Shown: one piece after another, positions 9,064-17,003 of the stretch | Layout of the letters: the number at the start of each line of letters is the position of its first letter | Position numbering within the stretch: the stretch's first letter is position 1 | Source of the DNA: an uncultured virus (IMG/VR IMGVR_UViG_3300042560_002469) | Taxonomy: Duplodnaviria; Heunggongvirae; Uroviricota; Caudoviricetes | DNA length: 64,000 bases | IMG/VR virus record: IMGVR_UViG_3300042560_002469 | Reading direction: 5' to 3' (one strand) | The notes under the pieces: generated by a model | What the model saw: only the letters and a program-made list of their open reading frames with translations | Told to the model about the DNA's origin: nothing | Database searches by the model: none | Translations under genes and position numbers: made by a program

Positions 9064-10004
9064 TGACTTTCTTGAAAAACGCTTACGAACACTGTTCCTT
9101 TTCTGTAGAGCGGAAGTACTTTGTTGATAAGGTCTTGATTGAAGATCCTGCAACAACCGTGAGTTGCTACAAGCGCTTGCTTAGGTGCCCAGGCTCCAGG
9201 CCATCCCAGCGCACTGCCGCCTCCATGGAGACCAATTCCAGCACGTCCAGTTCCTTTTTCCTGGCCCTCTAGCTCGATCATGTCATAGAAGGCCCAGCCA
9301 TATGCCATAAGCGTCCTGTCATAAGGGGCCTTGTCGCCATGAAGGGCATAGTCGTTGTAAAGCTGACCGAGCCGGTAAAGCCCCGGAGGAGTGTCAGATT
9401 TTTGCAGCTTCCACTCGAAGTCACTATATTGCCCTCGAGCCAAGCAGGGAATTTCCCATAGCAGCTTTCCCTCGAAGGAAAAAGCTTTCATGGTTTCGCT
9501 GGCATCGTTCACAATAAGATGCGAATCGCCTTGCTTAAAACCAAAATCTTGAGGACGCTTCTTGGGGCCAATCATGGTGACAGTTGTTGATTCAGGAGCG
9601 TATTGTTTCATCAACTTAGAAAGCTTCGTCGGGTAGTCAGGGTCCGTCGCGTATTTCTGTTGATAAAGCATCCGAGCCGCTGCATAGCGGTTGGGCGCAT
9701 TGTTAATGCCTTTGAAATGACGGTAGTCTTTGTACCAGCGAGTGACAAGGTATTCAATGCAGGCGGCAATGCTTGGAAAGTCAAGAAAGCCAGCCTTAAT
9801 CGTTACCCACTGACCATCGTAAAACTCTTTGGTAGAGACGGTCGTCCCGTCTCCCTTAAGTCCCAAGACGTTGTTGGCGCCAGAAAAGTGTTTGCCAAAA
9901 CCACTTTCAAGACAACATTGAGCCGCTACGAGCTCTGGAAACCGTGCCCCACATTTGCGGGCAATGGCAAAGCACTGATCCCAGAATACTCGCTCGGCGG
10001 ACAT
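9060..10004 (-). CDS. Endolysin: GH73 glucosaminidase plus YkuD/L,D-transpeptidase-like domain
   Basis: 'AAQCCLESGFG...NNVLGLK...YATDPDY' (GH73); 'DTPPGLY...IGLHGGG...THGCCR' (YkuD-like His/Cys motif). Confidence 0.85.
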   Translation of the reverse strand: MSAERVFWDQCFAIARKCGARFPELVAAQCCLESGFGKHFSGANNVLGLKGDGTTVSTKEFYDGQWVTIKAGFLDFPSIAACIEYLVTRWYKDYRHFKGINNAPNRYAAARMLYQQKYATDPDYPTKLSKLMKQYAPESTTVTMIGPKKRPQDFGFKQGDSHLIVNDASETMKAFSFEGKLLWEIPCLARGQYSDFEWKLQKSDTPPGLYRLGQLYNDYALHGDKAPYDRTLMAYGWAFYDMIELEGQEKGTGRAGIGLHGGGSALGWPGAWAPKQALVATHGCCRIFNQDLINKVLPLYRKGTVFVSVFQESQ

Positions 10005-10007
10005 TCG

Positions 10008-10151
10008 TCAGCCCTTCACGCGAAAGATTGCCTTGAGGCCTGTCAGAATGAGTTGAATGATATTGTTGCTCTTGTAGGGAGTCTTCTCGATAACTTGATC
10101 AACAGCAGCGATGATGATGCCACCAATCACGAACCATTCGATGGAGGTCAT
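10008..10151 (-). CDS. Small membrane protein, holin candidate (47 aa)
   Basis: MTSIEWFVIGGIIIAAVDQVIEKTPYKSNNIIQLILTGLKAIFRVKG; immediately upstream of endolysin. Confidence 0.6.
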   Translation of the reverse strand: MTSIEWFVIGGIIIAAVDQVIEKTPYKSNNIIQLILTGLKAIFRVKG

Positions 10152-10176
10152 GGAAATCAAAAGCGTTTGCTTAAGC

Positions 10177-10386
10177 CTAGCGTCGAATTTCGAGGGAGCG
10201 CACTCGCACTTCTAAGTCCTTCATATTGTTGGTCAAGGCATCCAGTTTTTCGGTGACAGTCTCCACTTGCTCCGTGATTCGAGCCTGTTGCATTCCAATG
10301 CCAACCATCGTGCCACCAGTGGCCAGAAGCATGCCGGCCGTTACACTTACTGCCAAATTGGCGAGCTGTTCCTGCCAGCTTTTCAC
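10177..10386 (-). CDS. Small membrane/coiled-coil protein (lysis module)
   Basis: Hydrophobic N-terminal helix plus coiled coil ending 'RVRSLE'. Confidence 0.6.
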   Translation of the reverse strand: MKSWQEQLANLAVSVTAGMLLATGGTMVGIGMQQARITEQVETVTEKLDALTNNMKDLEVRVRSLEIRR

Positions 10387-10498
10387 AGCTTCAATGCAAC
10401 CGTCATGCTCATTCTAGGGCCTCCATGACGATGCTTTGCAGCCTTCGCGATGGTCTTTTTGCTGCCTTAAGCTAAAGGCAAGACAGCGAATTGCTGCC

Positions 10499-10981
10499 AT
10501 GGGAAAAGACAATGGTGCCGAAGAACTTCTGTTTTCATTGTCTGTTTTGCGCCCTGGAGAAGCTAAGCGTCGCTTTCGAAAAAGTATTTTTGAGGACTAC
10601 CCGCTACGAGGCACTTTTGGCCACTGTGCCTGTGCCTATTGCGGCAAATGGAACGAGAAGCTAACCATTGATCACATTGTGCCCAAGAGCAAGGGCGGTC
10701 CGCACTTCTCAAAATGGAACAGCGCTCCTTGCTGCTTAAGCTGTAATGCTTCCAAAAGCAACTTGCCCTTGTTTGAATGGTGGCGTCCTCAGTTGTTTTG
10801 GAGCGCACAGCGCGAAGAAGCGTTGATGAGTTGGATATATGCTCATAGCTTCATTAGTGCCCACAGTTCAATTGGACCATGGGAAGAGTGGATGCAGGAA
10901 ACGCAGCGCATCGTGCCCATTCATGAAGCAAAAGAAAAAGCGGCTCGTATTTGGCCGCTTTCTTTATGCTTAGCTAGTTGA
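10499..10981 (+). CDS. HNH endonuclease
   Basis: 'CAYCG...LTIDHIVPKSKGG...N...CLSCNASK'. Confidence 0.85.
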   Translation: MGKDNGAEELLFSLSVLRPGEAKRRFRKSIFEDYPLRGTFGHCACAYCGKWNEKLTIDHIVPKSKGGPHFSKWNSAPCCLSCNASKSNLPLFEWWRPQLFWSAQREEALMSWIYAHSFISAHSSIGPWEEWMQETQRIVPIHEAKEKAARIWPLSLCLAS

Positions 10982-11351
10982 TAGGAGAGAAAATTTCTCG
11001 AGGGCCTTGCCTGAATTCAGGCATGGGGCAAAAGCCGTCAGGGCAGCCGCTGATCAAATAGTCATCAGGATCGTGAGTGGCAATATATTCCGCCACTTCT
11101 TTGCTTTGTTTCATGATCTCTTGAGCTTTGGCTTCTTCCTGCTCTCGGATGGCAATTAGTCGCTCTAGGTACCACTGGGCTTTGCGAAGATCTTCAGAAC
11201 CTTTTTTGTTTTCATAGCGCCAGACATACTTCAGAATGTTCGCCTTGAGAGCCCCCTTGAAGGCCTCTGCGCTCATTGAAGCTTCAATGGCTTCAATGCA
11301 TTCAATGGAGCCAAAAGAATAATGAAAAGGAGAATTGACGGAATCTTGCAT
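10974..11351 (-). CDS. DUF3310-family protein
   Basis: 'DSVNSPFHY...IECIEAI...NILKYVWRY..K...EDLRKAQWYL'. Confidence 0.85.
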   Translation of the reverse strand: MQDSVNSPFHYSFGSIECIEAIEASMSAEAFKGALKANILKYVWRYENKKGSEDLRKAQWYLERLIAIREQEEAKAQEIMKQSKEVAEYIATHDPDDYLISGCPDGFCPMPEFRQGPREIFSPIN

Positions 11352-11353
11352 GG

Positions 11354-12061
11354 TCAGAATTGGTAGTTGTTTGAAGCAAAGGCTTCGAAAGCCTCAGGAG
11401 CTACTGAGCTCCCTAGTTCGAGAAGGGCATCGGCATAGGCAATAATCTCTCCTTGGGCACCAGCTCCTTTGCGGAGGCTGATGAAATGAAATAGAGCCTG
11501 GAGCGAACAGGTCCAGACGAACGAAGTGTACATCGCAGATGGCAGCACTGCTCGCGCTTGCTCCTTGCTCACTCCCATTGCCACCAGCTCCTCGTAAGTG
11601 GCCTTGGAGGTGCCGATGGCTTCCCGATAGAAGATTGATGCCCGATCTTGAGCGGAGTTCGTCAGAGGGCCGTCTGAGGCCTGCCTGTTGCTTTCGCTCT
11701 GCCGCATAAAGACGGCTGGCATGTAGAACTCCGCATCTTCGGCCGAGCAATAGCGAAAGCTTTTCTCGTTCCAGCCGAGCTGGTCATCCACGTAAGTCGA
11801 GGCAACTGTATGTTTCCACCATTGCCTGGCAACGAACAGCGGCGCTTTTACGAACCACTTAAAGACAACGCCCCTGAATGGGCTCGTGTGGTGCTCGCGG
11901 GCCAAGTAACGCAACAGCTTTTCGTCTTTTTCGGTCCACTCTTCTGATTTGGCGGCAAAGCTTTGACGCGCATCGTTCACAACGGAAAGACTGTTCCCCA
12001 TTGAATCGACAAGCACCAAACAGCTTTTGCCATCGTTCAACGGATCAGCAGCAGAAAGCAT
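11354..12061 (-). CDS. thyX: FAD-dependent thymidylate synthase
   Basis: 'HTSPF', 'APLFVARQWWKH', 'WNEKSFRY', 'KEQARAVLP', 'AQGEI'. Confidence 0.9.
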   Translation of the reverse strand: MLSAADPLNDGKSCLVLVDSMGNSLSVVNDARQSFAAKSEEWTEKDEKLLRYLAREHHTSPFRGVVFKWFVKAPLFVARQWWKHTVASTYVDDQLGWNEKSFRYCSAEDAEFYMPAVFMRQSESNRQASDGPLTNSAQDRASIFYREAIGTSKATYEELVAMGVSKEQARAVLPSAMYTSFVWTCSLQALFHFISLRKGAGAQGEIIAYADALLELGSSVAPEAFEAFASNNYQF

Positions 12062-12207
12062 CGAGACAGCAGTAAAGGCTGATCAATTGTACGGCTTTCC
12101 GACTTGCACGGCAATGTCTTTCGTGACAGCCGTCATTTTCTTTTCGGCTTTCTTCTCCGCGCTTTTCTAAACCGGCTTTAGCCTGTATTGAAGACAGTAA
12201 AGCAACA

Positions 12208-12588
12208 ATGAAATTCGTAATCCCCGTGGATGTGGTCGACTACAATGGCCGAAAATACCAAGCCGCTATGGGACCGTTCGAGCATTCACCTGAAAGGGAA
12301 TTTGCCTTGACGGTCAATAAGAAGGCAATCGATGAATGTGGCAGTCTTGACCAGCTCAAGCCAGTAGCCAGGAACCTGCTGGAAGGATGGTCTTCAATGC
12401 ACACGGCCATACAAGGTCTGATGCTGGAGAACATCCAGCTTCGTCAGGCATTAGCGAAGAAAGACTTGGATCTCGAAGCCGCTGATGAACTGATAATGGA
12501 AGCCGCTAGAGAGATGGAGAGGATGACTCGGAAATATGCGAAGCAATCAACGAGAGCCAGGTGGAGTCTTTGGCCATGGCATTCGTGA
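12208..12588 (+). CDS. Hypothetical protein
   Basis: 126-aa helical ORF. Confidence 0.6.
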   Translation: MKFVIPVDVVDYNGRKYQAAMGPFEHSPEREFALTVNKKAIDECGSLDQLKPVARNLLEGWSSMHTAIQGLMLENIQLRQALAKKDLDLEAADELIMEAAREMERMTRKYAKQSTRARWSLWPWHS

Positions 12589-12883
12589 GCAAAAAGATCG
12601 TCCAACCACTCGTATAGGCGAGATTATATTTTTTGCAATCTCGCTCATACCCAGAGCCAGTGACGTGGCGGCCACGATTGTAAACACCACCCTGTATTTC
12701 GATGCCAGTGCGAGAGTCGGGGTGAGCAAAGTCAAGACGATACCTTTTTGAGCGTTTACTGCGAGAATAGCGCTCTTGATAATCCTTTTCCCAGGCCTCG
12801 ATGTCGCTGTATTCACGCTCTAAATAGAGCTGCGGATAACGAGCTTGCCAAAGCCCAAGAAACTGATCTTCAAGAGCGCTCAA
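12506..12883 (-). CDS. PD-(D/E)XK endonuclease (Vsr/DUF559-like)
   Basis: 'RYRLDFA...IEIQGG...GRH..GSGYERDCKKYN...GW'. Confidence 0.8.
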   Translation of the reverse strand: MSALEDQFLGLWQARYPQLYLEREYSDIEAWEKDYQERYSRSKRSKRYRLDFAHPDSRTGIEIQGGVYNRGRHVTGSGYERDCKKYNLAYTSGWTIFLLTNAMAKDSTWLSLIASHISESSSPSL

Positions 12884-12885
12884 AA

Positions 12886-13479
12886 CTAGATAGCAGCTAG
12901 CTGCACCTTAGCGCCCTGATTTTGATAGTGCCCTGTATAGGACTGTGCCACATTACTGGAAAGCTGCACGAGCATAATTTGCACAATGCCTTCATTGGCA
13001 TAAATGCGGGCTGGAAATGCTGTGGGATTGGCAATGTGCATGGTCAAATGACCAGCCCAGCCAGGTTCAATGGGAGTGACATTGATGATGATGCCGCAGC
13101 GTGCATACGTGCTTTTCCCATCGCACAAGCCCATGATGCTTGGCGGCATAGAGATGAGCTCCAGGCTCACGCCAAGAGCAAAGCTATGAGCGGGCAGAAT
13201 GAAGCACGACCCATTGATGCCATGCACGAGCGGAGCATCGTAAGGAATGGTTGCGTCTGAAAACTTGGGGTCAAGAAAGGGCTTGCTTCTGCCCTTGCAG
13301 CTTTTCCCATCGAACACTAAGAACTGATCAGGAGAGAGTCTGATGTCATAACCGGCCTGTGAAAGACCGTAAGAGATGGCCTTCGTGCCATCGTCCAAGC
13401 TGCGGCTTTTTTCGCCAACATAAGGCGTAAAAATATCAAGCTCAGCAAGCTTGCTGATTTCTTTGTCAGTGAGAAGCAT
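12886..13479 (-). CDS. dcd: dCTP deaminase
   Basis: 'ISYGLSQAGYDIRL', 'GKSTYARCGI', 'TPIEPGWAG', 'YANEGI', 'YQNQ'. Confidence 0.92.
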   Translation of the reverse strand: MLLTDKEISKLAELDIFTPYVGEKSRSLDDGTKAISYGLSQAGYDIRLSPDQFLVFDGKSCKGRSKPFLDPKFSDATIPYDAPLVHGINGSCFILPAHSFALGVSLELISMPPSIMGLCDGKSTYARCGIIINVTPIEPGWAGHLTMHIANPTAFPARIYANEGIVQIMLVQLSSNVAQSYTGHYQNQGAKVQLAAI

Positions 13480-13578
13480 GGTTGTCTAATGAAAAGGATC
13501 AATTGCGGTCAATCAAAAGACCGACGAAAAAGTAGCCAAGAGCAAAGCAAACAATGAAGGTGAGCAGGTATTCCATAA

Positions 13579-13607
13579 AAAGAAAGGGGCCGAAGCCCCT
13601 TATTTTC
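13579..13607. terminator. Intrinsic terminator (possibly bidirectional)
   Basis: AAGGGGC-CGAA-GCCCCTT flanked by A- and T-tracts. Confidence 0.7.
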
Positions 13608-13857
13608 AGAACAGGTCGTCAGAACCGCCCATATTGGTCCACACAGAAGCGTAGCCTTTGGGAGCGTCGCGATCTGCGCCCTTCACCTTGACGCTGCCCG
13701 TGTAGCCGGGAGCGCGGTCAGAAGTGCGACGGGTGTTCTCCCATACGGCAAGGTCGAGAGAGTAGTTGCCGCGATCGTTGGGGCCAGCAGCCTTCAGTGC
13801 GTTGAGCACGTCAGGGGTGAGGTCGATTGCAGCGGTGATAGGAGGCTTTCCAGCCAT
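13606..13857 (-). CDS. Small putative ssDNA-binding protein
   Basis: 'RAPGYTGSV' core, acidic 'DDLF' tail; next to exonuclease and SSAP. Confidence 0.5.
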   Translation of the reverse strand: MAGKPPITAAIDLTPDVLNALKAAGPNDRGNYSLDLAVWENTRRTSDRAPGYTGSVKVKGADRDAPKGYASVWTNMGGSDDLF

Positions 13858-13929
13858 GGTGTTTCTCCAGGGGAGTGATGGTACAGCCCTTTGTGGGCCT
13901 GCCAATCTTACCCCCTTCGAGACCTCCTG

Positions 13930-14694
13930 TCACCCCCTGTCCATCGTGAGCGCAAATGCCCTGCCGCCGGGGTACCACGCATTGAAATATCTCTTTACCG
14001 TATCGGCCATGATGCGCTGCTGGCTGACCAGCTCAAAACCATCAAGGTGGACCAACTGAAGAATGCTCTTGCTTTTCTCGTCTTCTGGGTCGAAGCAGGA
14101 AATGACGCACCAGGCCTCGTCAATGGAAGTGTCGTACATTTGCTCTGCTGCCATCGAATAGGCCCCAAGCTGTCGTTTGTAGTCGGCCAGTTGGTAATCT
14201 GGCTTTTCCTTGAAGCTTGTCTTCCAGTCGATCAAGGCAGTGCGACCATCGGCCATCTTTGCGACCATATCAAGCGTGCCGCTATAGCCAATTTCCCTGT
14301 CGAGGTCAAACCAAGCCACTGCGCTTTCAACCAAGACCGGCTCCGCGATGTGCTCCAAGAATGGGTCTATGGTCTGGAAGTAGACGGCCCATTCCTTTGC
14401 TTTTTCCAGGTGGTGCTCGATGTCTTCCCCATTGAACCAATCCTCCAAGACGCCATGGAGCCAAGTGCCGCGATTAGCGGCAAGCCTTGTACGCCTATTG
14501 GCCTCGTCATCTCCCACTCGCTTTCGCCAATTCATAATGGCCATAATCTTGGCCACTGGCGCCATGGAAGAAAGGGTGGTAGTAACAGAAGGAAGAACCA
14601 TGCCCTCTGGCACGTTTGGGAAGCTCTCGCAGATGTAGTGCCTTTTCCCATTGAGACTGATCCGCTTGGGTTCAAAGCGCTCAAAAGAGGGCAT
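13930..14694 (-). CDS. PD-(D/E)XK exonuclease
   Basis: 'PSVTTTL', 'RGTWLH', 'YSGTLD', 'IDWKTS', 'QLGAY'. Confidence 0.85.
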   Translation of the reverse strand: MPSFERFEPKRISLNGKRHYICESFPNVPEGMVLPSVTTTLSSMAPVAKIMAIMNWRKRVGDDEANRRTRLAANRGTWLHGVLEDWFNGEDIEHHLEKAKEWAVYFQTIDPFLEHIAEPVLVESAVAWFDLDREIGYSGTLDMVAKMADGRTALIDWKTSFKEKPDYQLADYKRQLGAYSMAAEQMYDTSIDEAWCVISCFDPEDEKSKSILQLVHLDGFELVSQQRIMADTVKRYFNAWYPGGRAFALTMDRG

Positions 14695-14869
14695 GGTTCG
14701 GGACAGGGCGAGGTCGTAACAAGCCACTATCGCGCCTATCGATTAGGAATGCAATAGCCGTTTGATCGATAGTAGCCAAGTGGGCATGAACCGTTTCTAA
14801 TGATGGGCTGATTACATGCCAACATGGGCATGGAGAAAAAGACGATGGAGAGGAGAAGAAGGGCGGGTT

Positions 14870-15127
14870 TCATGATGAGAGATCGTAAGAATCGATAATG
14901 GCGCCGGTGTCCCTATCCCAGCAGGTGTGACAGTCGGGGCACTGATAGGCAATACAGCGATCCTGCTGCCAAGAGCTGATGGCAATCACTCGAGAGAACC
15001 ATTCGCTATTTCCAAATAGCCAACGGCTCTTCTCTGGGATTGGCTTGTCGTGCCACAAAGAGCCGCATTCAGGACAATGCTTGAGGCTGACTAAAGAGAT
15101 CACTGAAGTCTTCTGCGAGAGGGGCAT
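14870..15127 (-). CDS. Small Zn-ribbon protein (start uncertain)
   Basis: CPEC...CPDC. Confidence 0.6.
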   Translation of the reverse strand: MPLSQKTSVISLVSLKHCPECGSLWHDKPIPEKSRWLFGNSEWFSRVIAISSWQQDRCIAYQCPDCHTCWDRDTGAIIDSYDLSS

Positions 15128-15187
15128 TGAGCTTGTCGGCAATGACCGCGCCCGCAAAACTTTTTGCAAGCGCGGCTGCTGCCCTAT

Positions 15188-16165
15188 CTACTTTTTTCCT
15201 TCCACGAACACAGACACCCCCTTAATGGCATTGTCAACTGACCCTTCCGAGCAAATAGCTCGCAGGCAATCAACCTCCTTGGTCATGTCAGCCTTGGTGA
15301 TCTTGATACCCTGGGCCTTGGTCCATGATGTGACCATGGTTGTCACCACATTGGCAAACATTTCCCTGTCTTTCACATCTTCTCCCTTGGTAAGCCCAAG
15401 AGCTTCAAGCCCAGCCTTGACAGCTTTCATGCTTGTGGTGCGGTCTGGGTAGCCGAGGGGATTGGCTTCGCCAAAGCCAAGAAGCGCTGCTTTGCCATCG
15501 AACTCGGCTCCTCCACCGGAGGGAGCAGCTTCAGCTCCTCCAATTGCATCATCAGCAGGCACAGGCGTCTCTTGTTTCGTGCTTCGCCGCGCAGACGGCT
15601 TCGCAGTTTCCTGTTGAAGCGGGAGCCGGGGAGACTGCTCTTTTTCATCGTCTGCTTTAGGAATGTCTTCGCCTGAGTAGAGCTTGAGACCAAGACCAGT
15701 GAAGGTGGCGATGCACTTCACGGAAGCCCGCTGGATGTTGTCGCTCACTTGACGAGCATCAAGAGCTTTTACGGCGCTGTGCTTGTTGTCCATGATGGGA
15801 AACACCAGCGCAGGAGTGCGCTTGACGCCATCGGTGAGATAGGGGCGAAGCAGCCAGCAGCCCTCTTGACCGAACACCGGCCAGCCAGCTTCCTTTTCTT
15901 CAAAGGCCACATAAACAGCAGGAAATTGCTCCTTCAAATAGCGGAAGGCAAAGGGCCATGACAGATAGGAAAGGCCTTTATAGTTCTTCTCCACGTGATC
16001 GCCAATAGGCAGCTCGTAAGCCTTGGTGAAGGCTTCTGAGGAAATCTCAAGAGGGGAGAAATGGCCGAGCATTCGTTCGGTCAGCATGGCTTCATTGACG
16101 GCAGTGACGGGAAGAGTCATGTCTTGGAAATGGCTGGGGTCGTAAAAGAGAAGAGAGTTTTTCAT
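15188..16165 (-). CDS. Single-strand annealing protein, Sak3/DUF1071-like; candidate -1 frameshift extension to 15069
   Basis: 'VEK...LSYLSW', 'PIMDNKH', 'QRASVKCIA..GLGLKLYSGED'. Confidence 0.8.
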   Translation of the reverse strand: MKNSLLFYDPSHFQDMTLPVTAVNEAMLTERMLGHFSPLEISSEAFTKAYELPIGDHVEKNYKGLSYLSWPFAFRYLKEQFPAVYVAFEEKEAGWPVFGQEGCWLLRPYLTDGVKRTPALVFPIMDNKHSAVKALDARQVSDNIQRASVKCIATFTGLGLKLYSGEDIPKADDEKEQSPRLPLQQETAKPSARRSTKQETPVPADDAIGGAEAAPSGGGAEFDGKAALLGFGEANPLGYPDRTTSMKAVKAGLEALGLTKGEDVKDREMFANVVTTMVTSWTKAQGIKITKADMTKEVDCLRAICSEGSVDNAIKGVSVFVEGKK

Positions 16166-16344
16166 TCTGCATCTTCTGATGCGGGAAAGTCGAGGCCGGT
16201 GGTCATTTCGTAATCACCATCTTGATTGATCGTGACCAAGAGACTCCCGACCTTTACGCCAGTGTCATCTTCGAACATTTGCAGCACGGCAGCAATGTGA
16301 TCATCAAGCTCATCAAGCCTTGCCGTGAATTCTTGAAGATTCAT
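16162..16344 (-). CDS. Hypothetical protein
   Basis: ATGA-coupled 60-aa ORF. Confidence 0.6.
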   Translation of the reverse strand: MNLQEFTARLDELDDHIAAVLQMFEDDTGVKVGSLLVTINQDGDYEMTTGLDFPASEDAE

Positions 16345-16607
16345 GCCACCCCTTTTGCAGAGTCAAGCTTGTAATGGTTGTCATAAAAGATGACCACCTT
16401 CTGGGCTTTCTCTCCTTCGGAAAAGCACAGGCTTTTGCCGGGAAGCGGCCAGTCTTCTAAAAGGCGCACGTCGCTAATTGCTTCTGTGCAATTTTCGTCG
16501 TACCCTTCCTCTAGGGCAGTTTCTTCAAAACAAAGAAACACTTCTGCTTCATCTCCCGCTTCAATGCGAGCTTTATTCAGAGTGTCAATTAGAGCTTTCA
16601 GTTGCAT
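16341..16607 (-). CDS. Hypothetical protein
   Basis: Coupled 88-aa ORF. Confidence 0.6.
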   Translation of the reverse strand: MQLKALIDTLNKARIEAGDEAEVFLCFEETALEEGYDENCTEAISDVRLLEDWPLPGKSLCFSEGEKAQKVVIFYDNHYKLDSAKGVA

Positions 16608-16843
16608 GGTTCGTTTTCAGGAGAAGAAAAATTAGAGGCAGAGAAGTCGGTGACTTCAGGCCAGGCATCGTCGGAAAGCGTGTATTCGCCTTCTAACAGC
16701 GCCTGACAGCGAATGAGACGCTCAAGCGCTTCAGAGCGCGAGAGCTTGGCCCCATCAGCCAGGCCACCAAGATGGTTGTAGGCTCGATCTGACAGGGTAA
16801 AGTGGCGGCGTTTCTTGCCGCCTTCGTAAGGGCTTTTGGGCAT
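16598..16843 (-). CDS. Ribbon-helix-helix DNA-binding protein
   Basis: 'RRHFTLSDRAYNHL...LSRSEALERLIR'; first gene of operon divergent from primase-helicase. Confidence 0.7.
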   Translation of the reverse strand: MPKSPYEGGKKRRHFTLSDRAYNHLGGLADGAKLSRSEALERLIRCQALLEGEYTLSDDAWPEVTDFSASNFSSPENEPCN

Positions 16844-17003
16844 GGCCTCCAAACTGGCTTCCTGAGTTTAGGCCCACAATGCTCTCTTGCAAGCCCTTGT
16901 GCCATCAGGGCTCCTTATGGCATCTTCGTTAAACCATTAAAAAGCCTGCTTGCAGCTAGCGTTCGGGGCTGCCATGATAGGGAGCGCTTCCCGTGCCCGC
17001 TGA

